64,000 nt of DNA, taken from positions 1,632,001 to 1,696,000 of the forward strand of contig OZ245002.1 in assembly GCA_965223415.1 (NCBI GenBank), read 5' to 3'. Numbering within the stretch: the stretch's first letter is position 1; each line of letters opens with the position of its first letter. Source of the stretch: Myxococcota bacterium (GTDB taxonomy: Bacteria > Myxococcota_A > UBA9160 > UBA6930). The notes below the pieces were generated by a model that worked only from the letters and a program-made list of their open reading frames with translations, did not search any database and was not told the DNA's origin. The translations under genes were made by a program, and so were the position numbers. Positions 1 through 9,430 of this stretch are shown here, piece by piece.

Positions 1-213
1 ATGATCGAATCGCCCTTCCCGAACGAACGCCGCATCGCGATGAGGGCTCTCATCGAGAGGAACGCGCTGGGCGAGCTCGCGTCCCTGCTCGAGCAGTGGT
101 GGTTCGTCCCGGCACACGTGCGCGCCACCGTAGCGGCCGAGCTCTACCGCGGTGGCTATCGCTTCGTGGAGAGGGACCGGCGCCTCGAGATCGCGAGACG
201 GCAGTCGGGCTGA
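1..213 (+). CDS. Hypothetical protein, may extend upstream of the window
   Basis: 70-aa ORF starting at base 1 with plausible high-GC codon usage; no recognisable motif. Confidence 0.45.
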   Translation: MIESPFPNERRIAMRALIERNALGELASLLEQWWFVPAHVRATVAAELYRGGYRFVERDRRLEIARRQSG

Positions 214-349
214 GGGGAGGCCGCTGAGCGGCGATTCGTTCTCTGCGGCCCAGCTCGCGAACTCGCCGGGGCTCTCCACGGGGTCAACGCCATCCCATCG
301 CCGCCGGGTCCGTCGGCGAGGGTCGGCAGGAAGCCCCTAGAATCCCGCC

Positions 350-1327
350 ATGCGAATCATCATCGATACCGATCCCGCGATGGGCACGTTGGGCGGCGAT
401 CCCGAGGACTCGTTCGCCATCATGCTGGCGCTGGGCTCACCGGAGGTCGTGGTGGAGGGCATCACGATCGTCCAGGGCAACGTCCCCGCCGAGAAGGGCT
501 ATTCGAACGCCCACCATCTCCTTCGGCTCCTCGGCCGGGAGGACGTGCCGCTGCGGCGGGGGTGCCTGCGCCCCCTCAGCACCGAGCGGAAGGTCCAGGT
601 CACGTGGTTGGAGCGTCGCTATGGGTCCAAGCAGATCACCGAGAGGGTCGAGCCCTCGGACGCGGAGGCGGATGCCGCCTCCTTCCTGATCGACACCGCC
701 CTGGCCAACCCGGGCGAGATCACCCTGGTGACGATCGGGCCCCTCACCAACGTCGCTGCGGCCATGCAGCGGGCGCCGGAGCTCGCCGGGGCCCTCGAGC
801 GAATCGTGATGATGGGCGGCACGGCGGCTTGCGCCGGGAACATCTCCCCGGCCGCCGAGTTCAACTACTGGCAGGATCCGGAGGCCGCCGACGTCGTGTT
901 CCGGTCGGGCGCGGACATGACCATGGTGGGCCTCGACGTCTGTCACCAGACCCAGCTCCGTCCGGAGCAGGTCGAGGAGTGCGCGAGGGCCGGCTCGGAC
1001 CTGGGACGGTTCGTGCTCGAGGCCACGGCGCCCTGGTTCAAGATCATGGCCGCGGGCTCCGGCACCGAGGCCCTGCACCTCTACGACAGCCTCGCCATGG
1101 CCGTCGCCATCGATCCCGGCCTGGTGACCCTCGCGGACTCCTTCGTGGAGATCGAGACCGGGAGCGGGCCGGCCCAGGGGATGAGCGTGTCGCACCACCT
1201 CCTCTATCAGCGGGCGATCTTCGGCCATCGCGAGACGAACGCGAAGGTGGCGCTGGACGTCGACGCGGAGAGGTTTCACGAGCTCTTCCGCCGGAGGGTC
1301 CTCGACTCGATCGCGGGAGGTGCGTGA
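350..1327 (+). CDS. Nucleoside hydrolase (IU-NH family)
   Basis: N-terminal IIIDTDP...ED motif, TIGPLTNVA, MGG, GNISPAAEFN, MVGLDV. Confidence 0.9.
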   Translation: MRIIIDTDPAMGTLGGDPEDSFAIMLALGSPEVVVEGITIVQGNVPAEKGYSNAHHLLRLLGREDVPLRRGCLRPLSTERKVQVTWLERRYGSKQITERVEPSDAEADAASFLIDTALANPGEITLVTIGPLTNVAAAMQRAPELAGALERIVMMGGTAACAGNISPAAEFNYWQDPEAADVVFRSGADMTMVGLDVCHQTQLRPEQVEECARAGSDLGRFVLEATAPWFKIMAAGSGTEALHLYDSLAMAVAIDPGLVTLADSFVEIETGSGPAQGMSVSHHLLYQRAIFGHRETNAKVALDVDAERFHELFRRRVLDSIAGGA

Positions 1328-1361
1328 CCCGCGGCGAAGCGACCCGGCCACGGCGGGTCAC
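1324..1361. terminator. Inverted repeat spanning both stop codons of convergent genes; possible bidirectional terminator
   Basis: GTGACCCGC (1324-1332) / GCGGGTCAC (1353-1361); no U-tract. Confidence 0.3.
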
Positions 1362-1798
1362 TCGGGCGGGGGCACCCGCTTCAGCCGTTCCGGCACGTTC
1401 GGGGGCTGCGCCTTGCGGTGGTTGGCGATCAGCTGGTCCTCCAGAATCTGGCGAGTCCAGCTGTACATGCAGTCGTTTGCCAGGGCGCCGACGGGCTTCT
1501 TGCACATCACGTCGCGCCGGGACCAGAGCAGGATGAAGGGCTTGTCCAGCTCTCGCGCCAGGAGCAGCTCGGCCGCGACCTGGGGCGACGCGTCCGTGTG
1601 CTCGCCGCAGACGAAGACCACCTGCTCCGCCGCGGCGATCTCCCGGCGGGCACGCTGGTGCCAGGCGTCCGTCATGTCGCCGCCTCGCGAGCGGCCACAC
1701 AGCTCGAAGACCGGCGGGCCGTCGGTGCTCGAGGCGATCCGATCGAGGGCGTCCGCGTCGTGGTCGACGTCGAAGGCGAGGTAGATGCGGTGCGTCAT
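1358..1798 (-). CDS. MTH538/DUF1863-type TIR-like domain protein
   Basis: RIYLAFDVDHD, AEQVVFVCGEHT, VAAELLLARELDKPFILLW, CKKP and YSWT follow the TIR-like (ThsB-like) pattern; ATG at 1798. Confidence 0.75.
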   Translation of the reverse strand: MTHRIYLAFDVDHDADALDRIASSTDGPPVFELCGRSRGGDMTDAWHQRARREIAAAEQVVFVCGEHTDASPQVAAELLLARELDKPFILLWSRRDVMCKKPVGALANDCMYSWTRQILEDQLIANHRKAQPPNVPERLKRVPPPE

Positions 1799-2133
1799 GG
1801 TCGTCCCTCGGCCACGGTCGGCGCCGGTCACGGGCCCGGACGATCCGGACGGCGTTCCGCCGCATGGAGGATCCGGTTGCCGTCGGTGACATCTGCGTCT
1901 TCGGCGGCGCCGGAACCTGGAGGGTAGTTCGACGGAAACGGAGGCAAGGCGAAGCCGTGCCTGGGGATCTATCGGTGACCTCTCGTAGGCAAAAAATAGC
2001 GAACCTGGCCTCGAACGCTCGCTGCCGCCGTCGGGCGCACCGGGTGCTACCGGCGCGATCGCGAGCCGTGTAGCGTCAGCGTTGCGGCGGCCTCGGCCCG
2101 GCGAGGCCGCCGGGACACCACGGGGACTCCAAC

Positions 2134-3246
2134 TTGAACCGCTTCTCTGCCGAAGAGCGCCTTGCCCTCCAGGAGTCGGTTCGGCAGCTGCTCGCCAACG
2201 AGAGCGACGAGCGCGCCGTACGAGCGACGATGGACACGACGAGCGGCTACGACCCGGAGCTCTGGAAGCAGCTCGCCGAGATGGGAGTGGTCGGACTGAT
2301 CGTAGACGAAGCCCACGGCGGAGCGGGCCTCGGCCCGGTGGAGCTGGAAACGGTCATGGAGGAGGTTGGCGCGGCGCTGCTGTGCTCGCCCCTTCTCGCC
2401 AGCGGCGTTCTCGCGGCCGCCCTGCTCGGGGCGCTGGGCGACGAGCAGACCAACGCCCGCCTGCTGCCGGGCATCGCCGATGGAAGCCGCATCGCCACCG
2501 CCGCACTCACCGGGGCCCGCGGTCGCTGGACGCCGGACGGCGTCGCGATCTCGGCGGAGGCGGATGGAGCGGTTTGGAGGCTCACGGGCCACGCCGGCTT
2601 CGTGCTGCACGGTCAGAACGCCGACGTCCTGTTGGTGCTCGCCAACACGGCCCAGGGCCTTGGCTGCTTCGTGGCCGAACCCGGCCCGCCCGGTATCGAG
2701 ATCTCCCCCCTGCCCACCTTCGACCACACCCTGAGGCTGGCGGAGGTCGCCTTCGAGGGCGCGGTCGCCGAGCCCGTGGCCGCGCGGATCCCGGCCTGGG
2801 AGGCGGTGCGGCGCGCCATGGACGTGACCCTCGTCGCACTCGCGGGGGAGCAGGCGGGCGCCGCCAGGCGCTGCCTCGCGTTCACGGTCGACTACGCCAG
2901 GAGCCGCATCCAGTTCGGCCGGGCCATCGGCAGCTTCCAGGCGGTGAAGCACATGGCGGCGGATCTCCTGCTCGAGACGGAATCGGCCACCTCGGCGGCG
3001 CGCCACGCCGCGGCCCGGCTCGCCGAGGATGTGGACGGCGCGGCCCAGGCGGTGAGCCTGGCCGCCTTTGCCTGCGCGGACGCCTTCGTCACCACCGCGG
3101 CGGACAGCATCCAGATGCACGGCGGCATCGCCTTCACCTGGGAGCACCCGGCGCATCTGTACCTGCGGCGTGCCCGGGCAGACGCCCAGCTGTTCGGCTC
3201 CCCCTCGTTCCATCGGGAGCGATTCCTCGAAGCCCTGGGTGCGTGA
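2134..3246 (+). CDS. Acyl-CoA dehydrogenase-family protein (likely non-catalytic subunit of a heteromeric ACAD)
   Basis: RIQFGRAIGSFQAVKH, QMHGGIAFTWEHPAHLY; lacks the EPxAGSD motif; TTG start. Confidence 0.88.
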   Translation: MNRFSAEERLALQESVRQLLANESDERAVRATMDTTSGYDPELWKQLAEMGVVGLIVDEAHGGAGLGPVELETVMEEVGAALLCSPLLASGVLAAALLGALGDEQTNARLLPGIADGSRIATAALTGARGRWTPDGVAISAEADGAVWRLTGHAGFVLHGQNADVLLVLANTAQGLGCFVAEPGPPGIEISPLPTFDHTLRLAEVAFEGAVAEPVAARIPAWEAVRRAMDVTLVALAGEQAGAARRCLAFTVDYARSRIQFGRAIGSFQAVKHMAADLLLETESATSAARHAAARLAEDVDGAAQAVSLAAFACADAFVTTAADSIQMHGGIAFTWEHPAHLYLRRARADAQLFGSPSFHRERFLEALGA

Positions 3247-3247
3247 C

Positions 3248-4468
3248 ATGTCCCCTGGAAAGCCGATGAGCGACGACGAGCTGCGCCAGGAGGTCCGCGA
3301 GTGGCTGGCGGAAAGCTGGTCCGAGGAGAGAGCGGCTGCGCTGAGGGAGCAACCGGTCTGGGGCTCCTCGACCGAGCTGACGGCCTGGCTCGGCGAGGTG
3401 GTGGAGGCGCGATGGGCCGTGCCGAGCTGGCCCGCCCGTTGGTTCGGGCGCGACCTGGACGACGCCCAGGCGAAGATCGTCGCCCAGGAGTTCCGCCGCG
3501 CGCGGGCACCGGGCGCCGGGCAGGACCGGTCGAACATGTGGGCCAACACGCTGCTCGCACGCGGCACGGACGCGCTCAAGGCCCGGCTGCTCGGCCCGCT
3601 CCTGAAGAACGAAGTCAACATGTGCCTCCTCTACAGCGAGCCCGGCGCCGGCTCGGACCTGGCGGGCATCCGCACCCGAGCCGACCGGAAGGGAGACCAC
3701 TTCGTCGTCAACGGGCAGAAGGTCTGGACCTCCGGCGCCGCGATCGCGGACTACGGCATGCTGATCGCGCGCACTGATTGGGACGTACCCAAGCATCAGG
3801 GCATCAGCTTCTTCTTCTGCCCGATGAAGCAGCCCGGCATCGAGGTGCGCCCCCTGCGCCAGATCACCGACGAGAGCCACTTCAACCAGGTCTTCATCAC
3901 CGATGCCCACGTGCCGGCGGAGAATCTGCTCGGAGAGGAGGGCTCCGGATGGCGGGTGCTGCAGACCGCCCTCGCCTACGAGCGCTCGCTGCTGGGCGAT
4001 GCCGCCCGCGGCGCTCGGAGCGGTGCCAAGGAGGCCGCGCACGAAGAAGTGCTCGTCTCGTTGGCCCGCGAGGCCCACGTACTCGACGACCCTGCACTTC
4101 GGCAGGAGATCGCCCAGGCCATCGCCTACAAGAGGCTGAACGCCTTGAACAACGCCCGGGTCAAAGCCGAGATGGAGCAGGGCACGAGCTCGTCGCTGAT
4201 GAGCCTCGGCAAGCTGGCCATGTCCCGGGTCCTCCACGAGGAGGCCCGGGTCCGCACCGCGATCCTGGGCGCGCGGAGCCTGTTCGAAGGCAGCGACCAT
4301 CCGCGGGCCGAGGATGCGAACTTCCTGACCCTGAACGCCTACTTCACTTCGATCGGCGGCGGCACCGACCAGATCCAGCGCAACATCATCGGCGAGCGGG
4401 TACTCGGCCTGCCGAAGGAGCCGGAGGTCGACACGGCCGTTCCCTTCCGCAAAGTGCGCAAGAGCTAG
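3248..4468 (+). CDS. Acyl-CoA dehydrogenase (catalytic subunit of the pair)
   Basis: YSEPGAGSDL, NGQKVWTS, ALAYER, IGGGTDQIQRNIIGERVLGLPKEP; ATG 1 nt after the upstream stop (alternative ATG at 3266). Confidence 0.92.
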   Translation: MSPGKPMSDDELRQEVREWLAESWSEERAAALREQPVWGSSTELTAWLGEVVEARWAVPSWPARWFGRDLDDAQAKIVAQEFRRARAPGAGQDRSNMWANTLLARGTDALKARLLGPLLKNEVNMCLLYSEPGAGSDLAGIRTRADRKGDHFVVNGQKVWTSGAAIADYGMLIARTDWDVPKHQGISFFFCPMKQPGIEVRPLRQITDESHFNQVFITDAHVPAENLLGEEGSGWRVLQTALAYERSLLGDAARGARSGAKEAAHEEVLVSLAREAHVLDDPALRQEIAQAIAYKRLNALNNARVKAEMEQGTSSSLMSLGKLAMSRVLHEEARVRTAILGARSLFEGSDHPRAEDANFLTLNAYFTSIGGGTDQIQRNIIGERVLGLPKEPEVDTAVPFRKVRKS

Positions 4469-4533
4469 GGCGACTCACGGCAAGCGCCGCGTGGAGGCGC
4501 AGGTGGTCGATGTGCCGCCGGAGCGACGGCCGC

Positions 4534-5682
4534 CTAGAGACCGAGCTCCCGGGCGATCATGTTCCGTTGGAGCTCGCTCGATCCCTCGCCGAGCTCGAAG
4601 ACCTTGCAGTCGCGGTAGTAGCGCTGGATGGGCGAATCGCTCAGGTAGCCCGACGCGCCGTGGTAGTGGAGCGCCCGCTCCACGATGTGGGTGCACGCTT
4701 CCGTGGCATAGAGCTTGGCCATGGATGCCTCGCGACCGTGCGGAAGCCCGCGGTCCGCCGCGATCGCGGCCCGGTGACAGAGCAGCCTGGCGGCCTCGAT
4801 CCGCACCGCCATGTCGGCGATCCCGAAGCGCACGGCCTGGAAGCTGCCGATGGGCTGGCCGAACTGGACCCGGTCCCCGGCATGAGCGAGCGTCGCTTCG
4901 AAGGCGGCGCGCGCCACCCCGATCGCGAAGGCCGCGGAGGCGATCCGCCCGAGGGTGAGGGTCGCGAGCGAATCCAGGAAGCCGCCGTGCTCGCGACCGA
5001 TGAGGTTCCCCTTCGGAACGCGGCAATCGTCGAACACGAGCGCACCCATCTCGGAAGCCCGCACGCCCAGCTTGGAGAGGGAGGCTTCGACACGAAAGCC
5101 GGGCCGGTCGCACTCGACGAGGAACAGGGAGAGGCCCTTCAGCCGCTTCTCGGGGGCCGTCGACGCCACGACGACGAGGAAGTCCGCGATCGGGCCGTTC
5201 GTGATGAACATCTTGGAGCCGTTGATCACGTACGCGTCCCCGTCGGCGACGGCGCGGGTCGCGACCTGGCCCGCGTCGGAGCCGGCGCCGTCCTCGGCGA
5301 AGGCCCAGCCTCCGATCTTCCGGCCGGAGAGCGCGGCCGGAAGCCACTTCGCGCGAACCTCTGACGAGCCGAAGGCCTCGAGCGCGGCGCAGGCCAGCGC
5401 CATGTGGACGTAGATGCCCAGGGCGATGCCGCCGGATCCGTAGGCGAGCTCCTCGCAGAGGAACGCGTAGTCGAGATTGCTGCCTCCCGACCCTCCCACC
5501 TCTTCCGGGAACCCGAGCCCGAGGTAGCCGAGGGAGCCGAGCTTCGGGAAGAGCTGCACGGGAAAGCGCTCCTCCGCGTCGCACTCGGCGGCCAGCGGCG
5601 CGACCTCTCGGGAGACGAACTCGCGCAGGGCCCGCTGGAGCTCCCGCTGCTCGTCGCTCAGGTAGAAGTCGGGCTCGGCCAC
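4534..5682 (-). CDS. Acyl-CoA dehydrogenase
   Basis: AEDGAGSD, INGSKMFITN, RVQFGQPI, LGEGSSELQR; GTG start at 5682. Confidence 0.92.
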   Translation of the reverse strand: MAEPDFYLSDEQRELQRALREFVSREVAPLAAECDAEERFPVQLFPKLGSLGYLGLGFPEEVGGSGGSNLDYAFLCEELAYGSGGIALGIYVHMALACAALEAFGSSEVRAKWLPAALSGRKIGGWAFAEDGAGSDAGQVATRAVADGDAYVINGSKMFITNGPIADFLVVVASTAPEKRLKGLSLFLVECDRPGFRVEASLSKLGVRASEMGALVFDDCRVPKGNLIGREHGGFLDSLATLTLGRIASAAFAIGVARAAFEATLAHAGDRVQFGQPIGSFQAVRFGIADMAVRIEAARLLCHRAAIAADRGLPHGREASMAKLYATEACTHIVERALHYHGASGYLSDSPIQRYYRDCKVFELGEGSSELQRNMIARELGL

Positions 5683-5683
5683 C

Positions 5684-6463
5684 TCACTGCCCCCGGAAGA
5701 CGGGCGGGCGCTTCTCCTGGAACGCCCGCACACCCTCGCGATGGTCTTCGCTCTGGATGCACTGCACCTGGGCGAAGATCTCGAACTCGAACTCGGCCTC
5801 CATGTCCACGCCGAGAGACCGGTGGATGGCGCGCTTCGTCCAGCGGTGCGCGATGGGTGGGCCCGCGGCCAGCTGGGCGGCGAGTGCCGCGACCTCATCC
5901 TGGAAGGCGTCGGGCCCGGCCACGCGATGGACGAGGCCGATCTCCAGGGCTTCGGCCGCCTCGACCAGGCGGCCGGTGAACATCATCTCCGTGGCAGTCC
6001 CGAGGCCGAGCAGACGCGGCAGGAACCAGCCGGCGGACATGTCGCAGCCCGCCAGACCGATGGGCGTGAAGGGCGCCCCCAGCCGGATGCCCGCTGCGGC
6101 GATGCGGAAGTCGCAGGCCAGGGCCAGGCCGAGCCCGCCTCCCACCGCGTCGCCGTGCAGGGCGGCGACGACCGGCTTGTCCATGCCGACGATCGCGCGC
6201 ACCGGATCCAGGTAGCGGCGCACGATCGGCTCCCATTCCTGGGAGCCCCGCAAGGTCATCTCGGCCTGGTCGGCGCCGGCGCAGAACTTCCGACCCCTTC
6301 CGGCCAAGACGACCACCCGAACCTCCTCCGACGCGCCGACCTCGGTGAGCGCTTCCACGAGGCAGTCGACGGTCGGAATGGCGAGGGTGTTGAGTCGATC
6401 GGGGCGGTTGAGGGTGACGGTGCCGACACCGTCGGCCACCTGGACCAGGACTTCGTCGCTCAT
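5684..6463 (-). CDS. Enoyl-CoA hydratase/isomerase (crotonase), PaaG-like
   Basis: TLNRPDRLN, FCAGAD, AVGGGLGLALACD, EGVRAFQEKRPPVF; ATG at 6463. Confidence 0.92.
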   Translation of the reverse strand: MSDEVLVQVADGVGTVTLNRPDRLNTLAIPTVDCLVEALTEVGASEEVRVVVLAGRGRKFCAGADQAEMTLRGSQEWEPIVRRYLDPVRAIVGMDKPVVAALHGDAVGGGLGLALACDFRIAAAGIRLGAPFTPIGLAGCDMSAGWFLPRLLGLGTATEMMFTGRLVEAAEALEIGLVHRVAGPDAFQDEVAALAAQLAAGPPIAHRWTKRAIHRSLGVDMEAEFEFEIFAQVQCIQSEDHREGVRAFQEKRPPVFRGQ

Positions 6464-7491
6464 CGGCTGGATTCCTCGGCACGGGGAAGGATCACGGTTC
6501 GGGCGGGCCCGCTCGGCTCGGAGAAGACCCGCACGGCGTCGTCGAGCGGCACCTCCCTCGCCACCGAGCGAGACACGTCGAGGCGGCCCCGCTGCACGAG
6601 ATCGAGCACCAGCTCGATCTCGGCCGGGGTCGAGCCGAACGACCCGTGGATACTCAGCTCCGTGCCGATGAACTGGGAGAGGGGCGGGAGCATGGGACGG
6701 CCGGGACCGACGCCGACCACGACCAGCCGCCCCCCCGCGACGAGCGCCGCGAGACCGAGCTCGACCGTCTCGGGCCTGCCGACGCACTCGAGGGCGAGAG
6801 TCGCACCCGGTGCGAGTCGACGCAGCGATCGCCCGGCGTACTCCTCGGCGGCGGGATCGAGAACCGCATCCGCTCCCGCCTCGAGCGCCGCCTTCCGGGC
6901 AGCCTCCGAGGGGTCGGCGGCCACCACGCAGGCCGCGCCGGCGAGCCGCGCCAGCTGGATCGCGTGGAGACCCAGGCCCCCGGCGCCGATCACGACCACC
7001 GTCTCCCCCGCGCGCAGGCGGCCCACCGAATAGAGCGCGTGGAGGGGCGTCGCGATCGCGTCGGACGCGATCGCACCCACCGGGCTCGAGACCGTGTCGG
7101 GCAGACGGAGGAGACAAGATGCGGGAAGTGCGATCCGCTCCGCGAAGCCGCCCTGTCGCGCCATTCCCAGCACTGCGGGCCTGCGGCAGCGATTGGATGC
7201 ACCGGCGAGGCAGGCGGCGCACTGCCCGCAGGTCACCTGGCCGAAGGAGGCGACACGTTCCCCCGGCTCGAAGGTCTTGACGTCGGACCCCGTGCCCACG
7301 ACCGTGGCGGCGATCTCGTGGCCGAGCACGGTGCCGGGCGCCACGCCGAGCTCGCCCTCGAGGATGTGGCGATCGGTTCCGCACACGCCCGCCGCGTCGA
7401 CGGCCAGGAGAACCTCGTCCGAAGCCGGCTCCGGATCGGCGACCTCCTCGAGACGGATCTCGCCCGGCCCCCGATAGACCAGCGCCCTCAT
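6460..7491 (-). CDS. Zinc-dependent alcohol dehydrogenase (MDR)
   Basis: GVCGTD, GHE, CGQCAAC...C structural zinc site, GAGGLG; ATGA overlap with upstream stop. Confidence 0.92.
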   Translation of the reverse strand: MRALVYRGPGEIRLEEVADPEPASDEVLLAVDAAGVCGTDRHILEGELGVAPGTVLGHEIAATVVGTGSDVKTFEPGERVASFGQVTCGQCAACLAGASNRCRRPAVLGMARQGGFAERIALPASCLLRLPDTVSSPVGAIASDAIATPLHALYSVGRLRAGETVVVIGAGGLGLHAIQLARLAGAACVVAADPSEAARKAALEAGADAVLDPAAEEYAGRSLRRLAPGATLALECVGRPETVELGLAALVAGGRLVVVGVGPGRPMLPPLSQFIGTELSIHGSFGSTPAEIELVLDLVQRGRLDVSRSVAREVPLDDAVRVFSEPSGPARTVILPRAEESSR

Positions 7492-8639
7492 CCCATGCCC
7501 ATCGCGCGGGAGATGATGTTGCGTTGGATCTGGCTGGTGCCGCCGCCCAGCTCGCACCCCCGCACTTCGAGGACGCGCCTCATGAAGTGGGAATCCCGCT
7601 CGTAGCCCCGCGCACCGGCGCACTGCAGCGCCGCACTGGTCGCCCGGGCGGCGACGTTGTTGGCGAGCATCTTGGCCATCGAGGCCTCCTTCGGGCACGG
7701 CCCCTCGACGTCGCGCTTGCGGGCCGCGGCGTAGACGAGCAGGCGCGCCGCCGCCACCTCGGCCTGGGCCTCCGCCAGCGGATGGGAGACCGCCTGGAAG
7801 CGGCTGATCGGCTGCCCGTACTGCTGCCGGCCGTTCGCGTAGGCGACGCCGTCGTCGATCGCCGCCTGGGCGACGCCGATGGTCTGGGCCGCGTTGGCCA
7901 GGCGCTCCGGGTCCATCAGCCGGGCCAAGTTCAGCCAGCCCTCGTCCGGCGGGCCGAGCATGGCCGAATCGGGCACGACCACGCCTTCGTAGTGGACCTC
8001 GTTGACCATCAGGGCGCGCATGGCCGCATAGCGCTTCTGCTCGAAGCGAAGCCCCTCCGTGCCGTTCTCGACGAGGAACAGGCTGATGCCCCGATGCCTC
8101 GACTTCCCGGGGAAGCTGGCGGTCCGGGCCGCCGTGATGACGACCTCCGCCCGCTCCGCACCCGAAATGGGGCCCTTCACGCCATCGATCCGCCATCCGC
8201 CTTCGACCCGCTCGGCCCGGGTCTCCATGCCGGCGAAGTCCGAGCCCGCCCCCGGCTCGGACATCCCGAGGGCGAAGCGCGTGTCTCCGCTGACGATGGC
8301 CGGCAGGTAGCGCGTCCGCTGCTCCTCGGAGCCACAGATGTGGAGCGCGTGGGAGCCGAAGATGGTGCCCGTGATGTAGAGCGTCGAAAGGGAGATCGAG
8401 GTTCGGCCCACCTCTTCGACGAAGACGCAGAGGTCGAGGACGGAGCCGTCGGAGCCGCCGTGCTCGGTCGGCACTGGAATCCCGGTCCAGCCCCGCTTCG
8501 CGCACTCCCGATAGAAATCATCGGGGTACTCCTCGTCCTGCTCCATCTGCAGGATCCGCTCCGGCGGGTAGTGCTCGTCCAGGAACGCCCGGACGTCGGC
8601 CCGGAGATCGAGCTGCTCCGGCGACAGGTAGATGTCCAT
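7488..8639 (-). CDS. Acyl-CoA dehydrogenase
   Basis: MSEPGAGSD, DPERL, RQQYGQPISRFQ, LGGGTSQIQRNII. Confidence 0.92.
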   Translation of the reverse strand: MDIYLSPEQLDLRADVRAFLDEHYPPERILQMEQDEEYPDDFYRECAKRGWTGIPVPTEHGGSDGSVLDLCVFVEEVGRTSISLSTLYITGTIFGSHALHICGSEEQRTRYLPAIVSGDTRFALGMSEPGAGSDFAGMETRAERVEGGWRIDGVKGPISGAERAEVVITAARTASFPGKSRHRGISLFLVENGTEGLRFEQKRYAAMRALMVNEVHYEGVVVPDSAMLGPPDEGWLNLARLMDPERLANAAQTIGVAQAAIDDGVAYANGRQQYGQPISRFQAVSHPLAEAQAEVAAARLLVYAAARKRDVEGPCPKEASMAKMLANNVAARATSAALQCAGARGYERDSHFMRRVLEVRGCELGGGTSQIQRNIISRAMGMG

Positions 8640-9430
8640 CACTTCCCCTCGAAGTTGGGCGTTCGCTTGTTCTGGAACGCCTCCAGGCCCTCGCGGAAGT
8701 CCGCGGAGCGGATGCAGTCCGCCTGGAGCTGGGCCTCGAGGGCGAGCTGCTCCTCGAGGGACCTCGCGTGCAGGTCGAGCAGCGCCCGCTTGTTGGCCCG
8801 GAGGGCGAGCGGCGCCAGTGCGGCCAGGCGGTCCACCAGGGCCGCCACGCCTTGCTCGAAGCGATCGGCCGGCGTCACCTCGGTTACCAGTCCGGCGGCG
8901 AGCGCCTGCTCCGCGTCGAAGACCCGGCCGAGACTCAGGATCTCGAGCGCCCGGCTCGGGCCCACGAGACGGGAGAGCCACCAGGTCGCGCCGGTGTCGG
9001 CCCCGCTGATGCCGAGGCGTGCGAAGACGAAGCCGAGCCGGGCCCCGTCGCTCATCACCCGGTAGTCCGCGCTGAGCGCCACCGCTGCGCCGCCGCCGTA
9101 GGCATCTCCGTTCAGTGCGGCCACCGTGGGCACCTCGAGGCGCGCCAGTGCCGAGATTCCCGCGTTGGCGTTCTCGAGCTCGGCCACGGCGTAGGCACGA
9201 TTTCCGTCGAGCATCGCCTGCAAGGAGTCAAAGTCGCCGCCGGCCGAGAAGGCGCTCCCTTCCCCGCCGAGAACGAGCACCCGTGCCGAGCCGTCGGATG
9301 CGACCTGGGCGCAGGCCGCGCGCAGCTCGCGGAAAGCCCGGTCGTTGAGCGCGTTGCGCACCGTCGGCCTGCGGATCGTGAGCCGGTAGACACCGCGGTC
9401 GTCCCGCTCGAGGGTGAGGAGGTCAGACAT
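8639..9430 (-). CDS. Enoyl-CoA hydratase/isomerase (crotonase), PaaG-like
   Basis: FSAGGD, AYGGGAAVALSAD, EGLEAFQNKRTPNF; ATG at 9430. Confidence 0.92.
   Translation of the reverse strand: MSDLLTLERDDRGVYRLTIRRPTVRNALNDRAFRELRAACAQVASDGSARVLVLGGEGSAFSAGGDFDSLQAMLDGNRAYAVAELENANAGISALARLEVPTVAALNGDAYGGGAAVALSADYRVMSDGARLGFVFARLGISGADTGATWWLSRLVGPSRALEILSLGRVFDAEQALAAGLVTEVTPADRFEQGVAALVDRLAALAPLALRANKRALLDLHARSLEEQLALEAQLQADCIRSADFREGLEAFQNKRTPNFEGK

Noticed and set aside
1358..1798. Complete Thoeris system
   Set aside because: No ThsA-type effector is adjacent
1944..1963. Sigma54 promoter upstream of the TIR-like gene (GGCAC...TTGC on the minus strand)
   Set aside because: GG-to-GC spacing does not fit the required GG-N10-GC
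1864..2073. 69-aa ORF in the TIR/ACAD intergenic region
   Set aside because: No RBS or motif, atypical codon usage, and it overlaps likely promoter sequence
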